Origin: the human T2T-CHM13v2.0 reference genome, Homo sapiens
Assembly: GCF_009914755.1 (NCBI RefSeq)
Contig: NC_060927.1
Reading direction: 5' to 3' (one strand)
DNA length: 64,000 nucleotides
In this document: positions 25,718 through 39,694 of the stretch, piece after piece
Position numbering within the stretch: the first letter of the stretch is position 1
How the letters are laid out: each line of letters starts with the position of its first letter
The notes under the pieces: generated by a model
Databases searched by the model: none
Told to the model about the DNA's origin: nothing
Seen by the model: the letters and a program-made list of their open reading frames with translations, nothing else
Position numbers and translations under genes: made by a program

Positions 25718-27659
25718 TTGCCTTTTTACAGAAGGAGACAAAAAGGTATCTTTAAAAAATTTTCTTCTTTCTACTATTCAAGAACATAATTTATTTTGGT
25801 TATAAAACATGAAATGTCCCTCCTCCTTGTCTCCCAAACTCCCTACTGAAGTATTATTATCAGACTAGTATACGATCTGTACAAATAGCCTTTGATGAGG
25901 AAAAAATGGTACAAATAAGGTAAGCAACTAATAGGACAATACATATATATGATGTGCTGTGTGTAAAGTAAAAGAACAAGAAGGAGGAGGAGGAGGAAGG
26001 GGAAGGAGAGGGAAGAGGAGGGCAGGAGGAGAAAAAGAAGAAAACATAATAATGTTAGCAAACAGCATACACATTTCCCTGAAAAAAGGCAAAAATAAAA
26101 CAGAAACAAAAAGTCTATTAATGGAAGTTGCATTGAGGGACAAGGAGGTAAGAAGAAAGGGAGGGCTTTGCTTTCAAGTTTGTATTTCTGTATTTCTAAG
26201 TTCCTCTGATTACACAGAACTGTATTATTTGTGTCAATTAAGGAAAAAATGCCAAGGCAAAACTAATCTATGCTGCGAGAAGTTCAGCTCAAGATTGCCC
26301 TTGGATGTGGGTCATGCCTAGAAGAAGTCTCCACCAAGGAGACTTGGAGGAGGGTTGATGATGTTTTCTCTTGATCTGGGAGCTTGTACCAGCAACAAAG
26401 GTGTGTTTAGTGTGTGAAAATTCATCAAGCTCTATGCTTTTGATTTGTACATATTTCTGCACGTGTTAAGCTGGGAAAAAAGTTCCAAAAGTGATGCCAA
26501 GAGAAATTATTGGGCAGTAAGATTATAGACCATTTGTTTTCCCTTTCCCTGTATTAAATTAACACATCTTGTAAAGATAAATAAAAACAGAATAAACTCC
26601 ATATTTTTTTTCTCCAAATGTGTGTTTCAAATACGTCTGTTTTTACATTGTTGTAGTCAACGGAGTTAGAAAAACTAAATAACATCTGTGCCAAAGGTTT
26701 CCTTTGCAAGAGCAGAAGGAGGTCTCCTCCTAGGAAGCCTGGGATCCAGCTTTGGTGGCTTAGCCTGGTCTCAGATGCCCTTGCAGGAAGATACCTCAGG
26801 CCCCGGCTGGGCTCAGTGCCCACATGCCCAAGCTTTCGATACCAATGCAAAAGCTTCTGTGCTCTTTAATGGGAGGCTATTCAGCAGCCAGCAGGCCCAG
26901 CATCTACATTCTGAATCAGACAAATTCTTCTCTCCCTCTCTGGCAAGGGGACCTCAATTGCTCCCTGTCTGCAGGAATCCACCAGTTCAGATTAACTGTT
27001 TACCAGCGAACATTTGATGGGCTGGCAGATACCTTGGTAGATAAGTATTCAAATGACTATGCCTGTCATTACCTTTATTCGGAGGAGCCACAGTATCCCC
27101 CTGCAGGTTGTGAACAAGGGCCCTGTATTTCTCATCAGCTTCTGATAAGGTTGCGGGATCACTGAAGACCCAGGTAGGGTTACAAGGCAACCGTCGTGCT
27201 TGACAAATAGCACGCTCCCACTAGATTTTTTGCATTCACAAAATTATCAGTTGTGCTAAATGCATAGATGAGAACTTTAATCTCGTTTCACTTAGATGGC
27301 AGATAAAGTTTGTGTGAAACCAGTAAGGGCTTTTTCTGTCACCTCAAAGAAAGGGGTATTAGGGGCTAAGGGCTTTGCTTTTGTAATTTTCCATTATGTT
27401 ATCCTTTTCTTTCAAAAACCAGCTGAATCAAGAACACATGATTACATTATCATGTGTCCTTATTGATGTCAATGAGCATTCCACAGTGGGTTTAAAGATT
27501 TACATATCTGAAAACCTGGGGTAGAAAAGGAAAAAAAAAAAAGAAGCTAGAATTTAAAAAGAATAATGATCTATTTCCTGGGATGGTTTCCTAATTTTCT
27601 CTTGAAAACCACGTGGAAAATTGACTTTATTTTAATAACAGAAAGGAGTCATAGTAGAG

Positions 27660-27895
27660 ACTATAACAATAGTAATTATAGCAGCTGTCATTTATTGAAC
27701 ACCTACTATGCTCCATGTGTTAAGTTCTACTTTAGTATGTGTTAGTTCAATTTCTACCATGTGTCGTTCTTACTATACAAGAGAGAAATAAGTCCTGAGA
27801 CATTTCTTTGCAATATCACACAGGTCATATGTAAGTAGCAGAAGAAGAATGCAACCTCAGATCTTTTTTAGTCTGACACCTGCTTTCTTTCTCTG
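27660..27895 (-). mobile_element. MIR (diverged)
   Basis: CATTTATTGAACACCTACTATG...CAATATCACACAG. Confidence 0.5.
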
Positions 27896-29409
27896 TATGT
27901 TATGTTGATGTATTGATATGTCCGTTGCACTTGCAGATAAACAATTTGGGGCTAACAATGGGCTTATCAGCTACACACTTTTGGTAAATATAAGGACTGA
28001 CTACTTCACAGCCAACTGTAGGAGGTTAACAACCTAGGAGACAGAGTCTAGCTCTAGTTCAAGGAGTCTTGATCAATCTTGGTTGTTAGTTAAGTCATTC
28101 TAGATTCTCATGGGCACAAAGAGACTGAAAAATGGATTCTAACAGTCTGATGATGGTCTTTGTGATGATGGCGGTGGGGCTGTTTTATAGAATACAAATC
28201 TACTAGCTAAGATGGGAAGAGCTGGCTCAAGCCATATCAGAGAGGTTAGGGAAACCGTATGAGGAGAGAATTCCACCTTTAGAGGGACTGGGGAGATGGT
28301 GATTTTGGTGGGAACCTACCTAAATATCCAATCTAAAAGCACACAATCCCAGGACAAACTATTTATGTTCTCCAAGGGACTAAATTTATTCATTTTATAC
28401 ATTTAGAGAGACAGAGATCTAAAGTGAACAGAAGTGTGTTAATCTAGAAATGGTGTATTTTTAGGGTTGTGGTCATTTTTGATACAGGCTGGCTATTTAT
28501 GAAAAGGTGAAATGGGAAAACAAATACTCATTCCACTTAATCAATTCTTGGGGAATGGGACTTGTGTGTGTACATATTTTACCGTATTTTCATCTTTGCT
28601 TAGCTTGGCATCCAACACAGCAGCGGGACAGATTTTGAATTCAAGTAGTAATGTAGTCCCATAAGTTGCCACAGGAATACTGCTGTCCACAGAAAGATGA
28701 CAGTTTTGAACACTGGATTCCCCAAATGCAAGAGGTCATATGAGGTGGACTTTACAAAGTTTACATAACAAAGAGCAATTCTGTTAACTAAAATGATTAA
28801 TTCCCGTCAGTACACATCAAACAGAACTGTTACAAAACATTATTGTCTGAGTTCCCATTGCATAGTAAGGGTTTTTCACAAGTTCTATTTCCAATAACTC
28901 TTTTGACAAAGCCAGAGCTTTTTTTTTTTTTTTTCTTTTTGAGGGGGTGGAGGTAGCAGACATTAATTTCCAGAGGAATCTATGAATGGGGACTGAGTAG
29001 GCTGCCGTCTTAAATGTGAGATATGTTGCACTGATGTTGTGGCAGGAAAAAGACAACAGCCCTTCTGAGGAATGGGGCCTTCCAGGGATCCGGGATGGAT
29101 GAAAAATGCCCTGGCAGTACAAAGGCTGATTGTCCTTCTCTTCAGAGACAATGGGGTATTTAAAAGGCTCACAGCATCAAAATGCTAACTTAGTCCTTTA
29201 AGACATTTTCAGTTTTATGTCTCACCACTGACAGTAAGCATGAGTAGAAAAAGCCCTTTTTTTGTGAAATCTCTTGCAAAGAAGTAGGCAGCTTTATTGT
29301 GAAGACACTATTTGCCTGCAAGTATAGTTACCTTGAAAGGTCTCACAATCAAATGAGCCTGTTTTCTGCTTCTTAGAAAGTAGCAGCAAGAATACAAAAA
29401 AAAGCAGTG

Positions 29410-29600
29410 AACTTTCAAATTCAGAAGGTCTGGACTTGAGGGCTGATTCTGCCAGTTATTTGGGTGACTGTGAGCCTGACATCTAGAATTTCCTTATTTG
29501 TAAAGAATAATAACTGCCCTCAAGCCAGTTTCTCAGGGTTGCTGTGAAAATTCAAAGTAACAACGTACGCCGAGATGGTTTACTGTGAAGAGTTTCAGAA
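29410..29600 (+). mobile_element. MIR (diverged)
   Basis: AATTTCCTTATTTGTAAA...TCTCAGGGTTGCTGTGAAAATTCAAA. Confidence 0.55.
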
Positions 29601-30063
29601 ATACAAATGACCAATATCAGGAATGTTCCTATATGGCCTATTCTTTCCCTTAGAAGTTTTGAACAGAGTTTCAACACGTAAGTTAGGACCTTTTTCCTTT
29701 GAATAATTCCCTTCTCAGGCTACGGAGTCTCTTCAGTTTCCTGGTCATTGGGTTAAATTTTCTGCTCCAATGAAACTGCAATAATAGGAATAACAGTGAG
29801 TTTTAGGTTGGGAGACCTGTAAATTCTAACCAGATCCTTAAACTGTTCTCATTTTCCAAAGCTAGTATATTGCACACCAATATACTTTCTTTTTATTTCC
29901 TCTTTGGCCAAAAAGTGAATTGTCAAGTGCAAGTGAATTGTCAACATTAGTGTAACTTTCTACACAAAAATGACCTGCACCGTCTTAGCACCTAGGGTCT
30001 AAGGCCTCAGTTACAAAAATAAATTGTAAAGCCAGAAGAAAATATGTCACAATAACAATTAGA

Positions 30064-30442
<379 letters not shown>

Positions 30443-31140
30443 TTAAATTTGGGTGTATTTTCCATATATGTTGTGTTCTTTACATTTACAGAGCTTTGGG
30501 GGAGGGGGACAAACAGTTATTTATGAGTTTTCCACGAATTGTTTTCTTTTCTCTTTCACTTTCTTTGGTCAGTCATTTGTAAGAATCAACTGGAGATAAC
30601 ACGCCAGACCCCAAACTTATTTTTGGCAGAAATGCACCATCCTTGCATGGACACTAGATGGAAAAATAGAGTTTTCTATTTAGATTTCTAGAATGGGTTA
30701 TAGCAGGTACCTGGGAAAGGTTACGCAAATTGTTCAACATTCTTGCTGAAGTGGAAATGTTCTTGGGGAGTCCCCGTGGTCAGCATTAGGAAGAGGAATT
30801 ACCCGCAGGGCCCAAAAGACAGATCCTCCCCTTTCTAAGAAGGATTGCAGACATTTGAATTGAGCTTTCTCGGGAGGTTTACGCAGCACACTCCCAATGT
30901 TCAGAACAGGGAGTAAAGAAAACATTTTGCTTGAGAAGCTTCCAGACCCCTGGGGTGACTTGTAGGATAAGAGTTTGGTTGGGATCCTAAAAGGTGGTAG
31001 ATGTTCAGCTCACACGGACTAAGTGTTACAGGGCTGGCTTCCAGCTTGGGTAATGGCTGAACCTGTGAATGTTGCAAGTTGGCTTCATGAGGTGCCCTAA
31101 AAGTCCAGACTATAGACTCCACCTGACTCGCCAGGTCAAT

Positions 31141-31154
31141 GCTCCCCCTTGTGG
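31141..31154 (-). promoter_or_regulatory. CTCF motif
   Basis: Minus strand CCACAAGGGGGAGC in unique sequence. Confidence 0.6.
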
Positions 31155-32609
31155 TGATTTCTGGAGCTGTTATCAGCTGTCTCCTAGGTGGCCCTTAGAC
31201 AAGTAAGGGTGCTTGAAAACACATGGTCTGGGAATGCATATTGGTGCCTCTCAAACTCAAGAAAGGGGTGGCGACATTCCAGTTATGTGTCTGTTCCAAA
31301 GACCGCATATGGCCTTCTCTAATTTTTAGGGTTTTTTGAGAAAAAGTTCACACTAGCTGCTTTTAAATTCTCTTGCCTCTGAAATCCTTACCTGAACATC
31401 TCCCACCTAGAAAATATTTTTCACTGGCGACATCTCTTGTTTTGGGTGAGCAGAGATGAAATGACGCATGGCCTGTGTGATTACGGTGTGATGTCTGCAC
31501 CAGGTGTAATGTGGGCTGAACAGCTTGACGTGTTTTCGTGAAACCAAAGTATAACCTTCCCAAATTAACCTCTTTGTTTCTGTTAATGCAGTCTTACCTA
31601 CCAAAGTATTTTAAATGGTTCTTATGTATAGTTTAAAAGACTATAGGTTATAGCTATGCAGGGGGCACCTATCTTATGGGTATTTAACAACAGAAGCAGC
31701 TTCCTTTAAAAGTGGAATCAGTTATGAAATATATCATTTATGGGGCCAACTCCTCCAAGTACTCATTCTGTTTGCCTTTAAGCAATATCTTCCAGTATTT
31801 GTAACAGTTGTTCTCAGCAGCACAAAGACCTTAGCAGTTGAGAGATAAAGCATGAGTTTGGTCTGTGACCTTGATTACAACATGTTGTGATGTGACGATA
31901 TGGCTTTGCCTTGACTGACATTTGTTTGGCCACTGCCATGGGTACTGTTTCAAGTCAGAAGAAATTTACATGGAGAAAAACATCCCATGAGCTTAAGTTA
32001 ATACATTGGGAACTTGCCCTAAAACTAGGTGGCTTTTTTTTTTTTTTTTTTTTTTTTTTTTGGAAATCAAATAGTAACAAGTCCTATGTAACAAACATCT
32101 AGTATCAGGGTTACTAGGTGTATTATACGTTTATTTAAATCAAGATCATTACTAAGCACCTACTATGTGCAGGACAAGTGTAAGTGCCTTAGTAAACATT
32201 GTTTTTTATGCTATACACCATTTTAAAAGTTCCAATCAATATTTGCTTTCCATTCATTAAACATTGAAAGTTCTTTCAGCATGCCATCTAATCACACGTA
32301 AGTATTTGCCTTTTTCCAGGCTTAACAAAACATTTTAGACACAGACTATCAAAGAGCGAGGACTGTACAAATGTCTCCTTCTGATAATAGAACTCGGTGG
32401 CGACTTCAGTGGCCCAGGTCCTGGGAAAGTTTCCACGGCCTCCCTGGTGCCCTCCTTCCCACATGACTGCAGGAACATGAAGTAGTTCTAAAGACGGAGA
32501 CCAAGGTGACCGGCCTTGCCCCTCCAACACAAGTCCCTCAAGAATCTTTGTGCCAGGGACATGAGGTGGGGGCTTTATGTTCCTCTACTCTCCACTGTCT
32601 CCTAGGCCA

Positions 32610-32730
32610 ATCCCTTTGTATTACAGATGAGGAAATTGAGGCCCCAAGAGAAGTGACTTGTGTAAGGTCACACTGCTAGTACATCACTGTGCCAGTCCCA
32701 GAGCCGTGGACCTGGGACTCCCATCTCTAT
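32610..32730 (-). mobile_element. MIR
   Basis: TTACAGATGAGGAAATTGAGGCCC...GTGACTTGTGTAAGGTCACACTGCTAGT. Confidence 0.75.
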
Positions 32731-32799
32731 GTTATTTTCTTTTCATTAATCTAAATCATCTTAATCTTTCAGATTTCTGGATGAACTAGAAATCCTTTC

Positions 32800-33165
32800 T
32801 CGCCTCTGAGCTTTAGTTTACAAACCGTTTCCTCTATGTGCAATTCCACCATCTTATATCACCCTTGTACCTTCACCTTTGACAAGTGACTGGATTACTC
32901 TTAAGATCCTGGTTAAAAAATCACTTATTCTAAGATGCCCTTCCTGACCCTCCAAGACTGGGTTAGGTGCTCTTCCAGTGCATTATCCTGTCATTCTCTA
33001 CTGATGCCAATCCCAGCATTTGTTACCTGTGGTGCAGTCATCGAGATCTCCAGCACACTGCAGGCTCATTGCGGACAGGAACATATGTCATGTCATGGTT
33101 GCATCCCTGATGTTTAGCACAGTGTCTGGGACTCACTAAATAAATAGTGAATGGATAAATGGATT
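32800..33165 (+). mobile_element. L2 fragment
   Basis: AAGATGCCCTTCCTGACCC...TAGCACAGTGTCTGG...AATAAATAGTGAATGGATAAATG. Confidence 0.6.
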
Positions 33166-33252
33166 ACTGGACAAGTATTCTGTCTTAAAAAAATGAGAGT
33201 TAAAGAAGACCCAGTTTGCGCAGGTGGAGAACTGGTAGAAGAGGGGATGGGG

Positions 33253-33416
33253 GAGCCAGGTGTGGCAGCATGTGCCCGTAATTCCAGCAACTCAGGAAGC
33301 TGACGTGGGAGGATCGCTTGAGACCAGGAGTTCAAGGTTACAGTGAACCATAATCATGCCACTGCAGTCAAGCCTGGGCGGCAGAGTGAGACTAGTCTCT
33401 TAAAAAAAAAAAAAAG
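33253..33416 (+). mobile_element. Alu monomer (FRAM/FAM-like)
   Basis: Single right-arm-type monomer with A tail. Confidence 0.8.
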
Positions 33417-33651
33417 CTGGTGGAGTGGGTCTGTGATGCCTAGACCCCAACTGACCCTCTCTGTGTGCTTATCCTCCTGTGAACCTTACGATGTCTGTTC
33501 TTCAAATTCGTATGATTTTGAATTTCTGCAGAGGCCTGCAACAAAGCCATGAGTAGTTTAGTACGGAAATGCTTAAGAGAACCCCCCACACAATTTCTCT
33601 CTGGGTCTGCTGGAGGACTCTTCCCAGAATAGGCCGAGCAAGGGCCTTCCG

Positions 33652-33950
33652 TTTTTTTTTTGTTTTTTTCTTTTTAGATGGAATCTCACTCTGTTGCCCA
33701 GGCTGGAGTGTGGTGGCACGATCTTGGCTCACTGCAACCTCCCATGTTCAAGTGATTCTCCTGCCTCAGCCTCCCCAGTAGCTAGGATTACAGGCATGTG
33801 CCACCATGCCTGGCTAATTTTTATAATTTTAGTAGAGACAGGGTTTCACCATGTTGGCCAGGCTGGTCTCAAACTCCTGACCTCAAGTGATCTGCCCACC
33901 TAGGCCTCCCGAAGTGCTGAAATTATAGGCGTGAGCCACTGTGCCTGGCC
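33652..33950 (-). mobile_element. Alu (AluSx-like)
   Basis: Antisense dimer; degenerate TSD AGCA(A/G)GGGCCTT. Confidence 0.93.
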
Positions 33951-35202
33951 CAAGCAGGGGCCTTTTTGAAGATTCCCCTGGGATCAGGGAGGAGTTGGAC
34001 TTTTTATCTGCAAGTGTGATTAGCTGAAGTCTTTTTTACCCCTTGCAGATGGCTGCCAAGGGTTTGTTTCACGCCAACTCACTGCCACGGTGCGGCTCAC
34101 ATGGGAAAGGAAAGAGAAGTATATTCTTGTGCTAACATAACCCAGGGGCCCAGGGGCCCAGAGGCTTCTAATAGTGGACAGCTTAGTGTGTTACCAGAGG
34201 CATTGACTTCCCAGGACACCTCTTGGGGCCAATTGACTGGCACTGCAGTCACAAGCAGCTTTTCTAGCAGAACTCTGGACTTAGGGTTGAAGGGTGGTGT
34301 TTCCCACTATGCCTGGAGTAGGTGCCTTGCTCTGGAGATCAATGACTGTGGGCTTAGATATCTCCAGGGCAACAAGGCTCTTTCCCCAGTCATGGACTTT
34401 GTATTAATCGCATTGGCTGCTCTATATGCTGCACAGTGGTCTACCACCAGGCTCAGAGCCCAGCTTGAAATGTCAGGGCCATGGCAGGATTCACTGAAAT
34501 AGAACCATCACTTAATACTATGGTTTTGAGGAAAAAGCAATTATTCCTTCCCCTAACTAAATGACCTTCCATCCTTCCTTTTTTGCATCAGTTTCCTCAT
34601 CTGTAAAATAACAGATTTGAATGAAATCACCTTCAAAGTCCATCTTACAACTGAGATTATTCAATTTTTATAACCAGAGTCTGTAGTTCCTCTCTCAGAA
34701 CATTTATTCTAAAACGCTAGTTTCCCAATCCACATAGACATGCCCAAGATATCCCAAAGGAGGAGGTCCTTAAAGCCCAAACTTACTGGCTATCAAGGTC
34801 TTGTCATCCTAAAGTCAACTTCTTATTTTGCAATGAAACAACCCAATCCCTGACCCCTACCTGTGCCTGTGCACATACAAGATGTCCACCTTCCCACAGA
34901 GTCCTCCCCACAAGTATCTGTGGGAACAAGTTTACCCCATGGTATCTGAGAGGCTTCAAGCACCAGTCTTTGCTCTACTGAGCAGGGAGCTCTTTGCAGG
35001 TGGTGGCTGCCCGGCCTCCAGGCACTATAAAGAACTTGGTCTGTTTCTCAAGGAAGGAAGCACTCCTTCTGATGTGTCAAAAACTGCAGCTCCCTGCCGA
35101 GAGAGCCACATTGAGCTCTCCATGCACAAAAATTGTGCATGAGCCTGGGGGAAGGAGAAAAGAATGACTTTTTCATTTTTGTGATGCTCTGTTAAAGGGG
35201 CC

Positions 35203-35591
35203 TGATATGGTTTGGCTGTGCCCCTACCCAAATCTCATCTTGAATTGTTACTCCCATAATTCCCACATATTGTGGGAGGGACCTAGTGGGAGATAATTGA
35301 ATCGTGGGGGCTAATTCCATACTGATAATTGAATCGGTATGGAACCTCCCATACTGTTCTCAGGGTAGTGAATAAGTCTCACGAGATCTGATGGTTTTAT
35401 AAGGGGAATCCCCTTTTGCTTGTCTCTCATTCTCTCGTTTGCTGCCATGTAAGACGTGCCTTTCACCTTCCACCATGATTGTGAGGCCTCCCCAACCGCA
35501 TGGAACTGTGAGTATTCTAAACCTCCTTTTCTTCATAAATTGCCCAGTCTTGGGTATGTCTTTATCAGCAGCATGAAAATGAACTAATACA
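35203..35591 (+). mobile_element. THE1 (C/D-like) MaLR solo LTR
   Basis: TGATATGGTTTGGCTGTG...CCAAATCTCATCTTGAATTGT; ends TTTATCAGCAGCATGAAAATGAACTAATACA; TSD GGGCC/AGGCC. Confidence 0.92.
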
Positions 35592-36305
35592 AGGCCCCAA
35601 ACAGGGATTCACAACTAATTTGACCTAAAATGCAGGGAAATGGCACTTCCAGTGTTTACCAGAGTCCCTCTCTCTTGAACCTAAACATGTCCTCAGAGGG
35701 CTCCTCTGGAGATGAGTCCCTGGAGTAATGGTCAACAAGCTTTCCCTGGAATCTTTTCAGTCCTCTGATTACTAGGTTTATTATTTAGTTTATTGTGCCA
35801 CTTATCTTTTTATTTTGAGGGGAGTCCTCTTGGAGGAAGCAAAAAAGCCCAGAATCAGAGAAAATGTGGAGCTCCTTCATCAGTTTGCCAGACATGCCCC
35901 AGCATATTTGGGTGGACATGGGCATGACATAGGTTCAAGAGAGAGCCTGGCTGCATAAAGACCTTTGCACTCTTGGCAGCCCAGTGGTCATTTCTCCAAT
36001 CTGGACTTTATTTCTCCTTTATCCTGTTCTAATAAATCACTGAATTTGCTTAGTGATTTTCCTTTAGTGATGGATGGAACAAGAACCAGTTTTATTCATT
36101 TGACTGCAAGCATTGGTTTTGTACACTCACTCAGTACTCTAGGGGCCTTCAGACAGGATCTTAAGGACACCACCCCCACCCTAAGGCAACAAGAGCTGTG
36201 GAAGTGGAAGGAGTGTATGGAAGATGGCCACAAGTTTCAGGAGGTTTGCCCATCCTAAGGGAATAGGTATGATTTTGATGGGTCAGCCCCAGAGATGCTC
36301 CAGAG

Positions 36306-36672
36306 CAGCAGTCCCCAGCTTTTTTGGCACAAGGGACAGGTTTTGTGGAAGGCAATTTTTTCTACGGATTGAAGTCAGGGGGCATGGTTTCAGGATAAAC
36401 TGTTCCACCTCAGATCATCAGCCATTAGTTAGAGTCTCGTAAGGAGCACGCAACCTAGATCCCTCGCATGCACAGTTCACAATAGGGTTTGTGCTCCTAT
36501 GAGAATCTACTGCTGCTGCAAATCTGACAGGAGGTGGAGCTCAGGTGGTAATGCTCGCTCAACTGCTGCTCACCTCCTGCTGGGCAGCCCAGTTCCAGTT
36601 CCTAACAGGCCACAGACCGGTACTGGTCCATAGCCAGGGGTGTGGGGAGAGCGGGGGGGTTAGGGATCCCTG
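36306..36672 (+). mobile_element. MER1B hAT-Charlie element
   Basis: CAGCAGTCCCCAGCTTTTTTGGCAC...CAACCTAGATCCCTCGCATGCACAGTTCACAATAGGG; TSD CTCCAGAG/CTCTAGAT. Confidence 0.88.
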
Positions 36673-38254
36673 CTCTAGATTAAGAGTCTTTCTGCTTAAT
36701 TCATTATTTCAACAAATATTCATCCAATGTCCACTGTATGCCAATTACAGGCTACATTACTGTTCTAGGCATCAGGGATAGTGGTGAACAAGATGTGCTG
36801 ACAAAAACTGGAAATCCAATGGGCTATGGGTAGGGGGAAGTTCTTGCTGTTGGACCCCAGAGCTAGACAGATCATTTAAGAAGTATTAAACTGCAAAGTT
36901 GAAAGACTACCCACGTGTAGTATTTCACAACTCAGCTATTCCAGAACTGCTAATACAGGGCCTTGGAACGTATGGCCCTAGGTGACCACATTGACCACAT
37001 GTAATTTGGAGCTTATTAGACAGAAATCTCTGATTTCTGAGAGAAATGAGATACATCCTTTAGGAAGGGAGCCTAGGAAATCACCTTTTTGGGAGTCCTT
37101 AAAGAGGTCTAGATATCAGCCTAGAGCCACAATGCTGACACCTTGTCCTGCTTGTGCCAGGCTGTGTCATTGGTAAACAGGGCACAGGCTTCCAGCCTGC
37201 TTTCTGGCAGTGGGAATGTGGGTGCTTTGGAGGTTCCTGCCACTAATGACCAGTGGCCTGGATTTAAAAGATGAGGGGGAAGGGTAAAGTCTCTGCCTGT
37301 GGAACAGGATTTATCCAACTGACACGTACAGAAATGAAATTTAACCCCACAGCCCTGACTCAACAGACACATTCAGAGCTGCTTACCGCAACCTCAAAGT
37401 ACCCTTGCTCTGTAGAAATGTTCACAAAGTGATATAAGCAATTTAAAATAAGGGGGGTTTGGGGACAAATAAGCTTGAAAAATGCTTGCCTGATCAAAAT
37501 TCACCAAGTTGCTTTACTGTGGGACTTTACAGAGATGATCATGTGAACAGGTACTTTTGTGAAGCACTGTGGTGGTGGACAGGAGAGAGAGTTTGGCACA
37601 ATTTGCAAACATATTTGGGCACAAGGACCCTTCCCTAGAGGTGCACCCCTTGGGGCCAGTGTTCTTGGAAACTGCTTTGGAAAGCATTGGTTTAGGATGA
37701 GGTTGTCACCAGACTTGAGCTGTCATTCAGCGAAATTAAGGGTGATAGTTGCCCTTTCTCTTTTTACTAAGACTTGCATTTTAACTGGAGTCACTGATTT
37801 TTTTTAGCATTTTAATCTTTTTAAAACTACCACACTGCTCATGAGAGAAAATGCCTTAAGTCAAACAAAAGAAAATAAAAAACAAATAACAACAACTAAC
37901 AACAATCCCCTTAGTCTCTTAAATTTCAAAAATACACGTTCTTATCAGGCTTAATAAGGGTCGCCAAAAAAAACTTACTTTTGGGTAATGTACTTGTTAT
38001 TTTTTCTTTTAAAAAGTATTTACTATTTGCACTGTAGGGAATTTAATTTTTAGAGTTAGCTAAAGTTCTCTATATAGCCATCTAAATTTATAGCTATTTA
38101 TTACTATCTATCTATCTACAGTGTTTATATGGTCTAGACGGTAAAGTATATAACTCTAAGAAAGAATTAACAATAACAAATTCTGAGCCTCTAACAAAGA
38201 AATTCAGAAAGGACCTACTCACCTTATTAAAAAATAAATCTACTTTTCTCCCCG

Positions 38255-38420
38255 TGTGAATTCAGGCTCTGCTACTTATTAATTATGTGACTTTGAGCAT
38301 ATTATACCAGCTGTCTCTGAGCTTTAGTTTCTTCATCTGTGAAACGGGTTTGTTGAGAAGATTGAAAGAGATGATGTATGCAAAAGAATTAACAAGGCAC
38401 ACGGAGACATGAAATGGTAA
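38255..38420 (+). mobile_element. MIR
   Basis: GGCTCTGCTACTTATT..TGTGACTTTGAGCA...CTTTAGTTTCTTCATCTGTGAAA. Confidence 0.7.
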
Positions 38421-39694
38421 AAACCAAAACGGCATTTTTTAAAGGAGGAAATGTAGTACAAATTTATCTATTTAAAACATTTAAAATTATATTTAAATTA
38501 TAACTATTAATATATTATTAAATATTTGGTGGGCTTGCAGCAATTCCAAGATGACGTTTCCTGGGCCCCAATCCCAGAGATTCTGATTCAGAAGGCCTGG
38601 GACCCTGCGTCTTTAACAAGCTTCCCCAGTTATTCAGCTGTGTGGGCTATACTTTGAGAGAAACTAGGTTGGAGGTGAAGAAATAATAGCAGGTAATGGG
38701 AAACATCTGACTAGAGCTTTAGATCTGGTGCACTTGACTACATGCAGATTTAAAGTAGCCAATGTAATTTTGAAAAAACATTTAAAAACCATGCTTTATT
38801 ATAAAATGTTTCCAGGCAGCTTGGGCCATAACGGCCATTACTGAATAAGTGGATGTGGTGGGTGAAACAGTCCAACTGTGACTTTCTCTATTATTCTCCT
38901 TTGATGACAGAAAATATATTTCTCATGTCACACATTTATCTGCTTGGGGAGGAAAAGAGATTGGTCAATATTTGCAATTTCAGGGACATTTTGCATCTGC
39001 TTTATGTGTTGAGTTTTATGATATATAATGTTATAAAACATTTTATTCCATAAACACAGTTAACAAGGCAGATTAGATTGGCCCTTCTGACAGATTAGAT
39101 AGGCTTTTTTTTTAGCCTTTGAGGAAATGCAGCAAGAGCACAGGGGACACAGTTGTTAAAATGTCATCTGAATAAAAGGTTCCGGGACTAGCCTCCAACT
39201 CCACCAGCAGCCATGAGGAAGTGAAGGAGTCCTCGGGGCGTTTCCAGAGAATTTCTACCTATGAACAGGTGTTACTCCTTTGCACCATGACAGAGAAACA
39301 GCAGTCCCTTTTCTCCCAGAATAAAGATGGTCATTCCTGCCTTGTGCAAAGGTGACATACCATTAACCAAAAAAAGGAGTTACTTTTGTGAACTCTGAGA
39401 TTATTCACCGCCCAGAGTGAATCCTAGGTTTCCTTAATTAAAAAACAAAAAAAGTTCTAAAATGAGCTCCTTTCTATTCAGCTATACACCTTTGCTTTTC
39501 TCACCACCTAAAACTGGAGTTCTTAAATTTTGAGAGAACTGTACCATTATGTATGAGTGAATTTGTATGTTTTCCGAATATTTGTCTATTTGATCAGTGA
39601 GAGGAGAAAGGGACATCATGTCTTGTGTGGCTGATGCTGTTTCCCTGGTATTTGGTGCAAAATATAAACCCAAATTAATCTCATAACAGCCAGT

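Noticed and set aside
25843-26321. Hydrophobic or charged ORFs resembling membrane proteins
   Set aside because: Arise from a purine-rich low-complexity tract among probable old L1 remnants
34030-39330. Acceptor-like sites (about 34048 and about 39114) as host-gene exons
   Set aside because: No convincing paired donor or coding frame; lncRNA exons cannot be called from sequence alone
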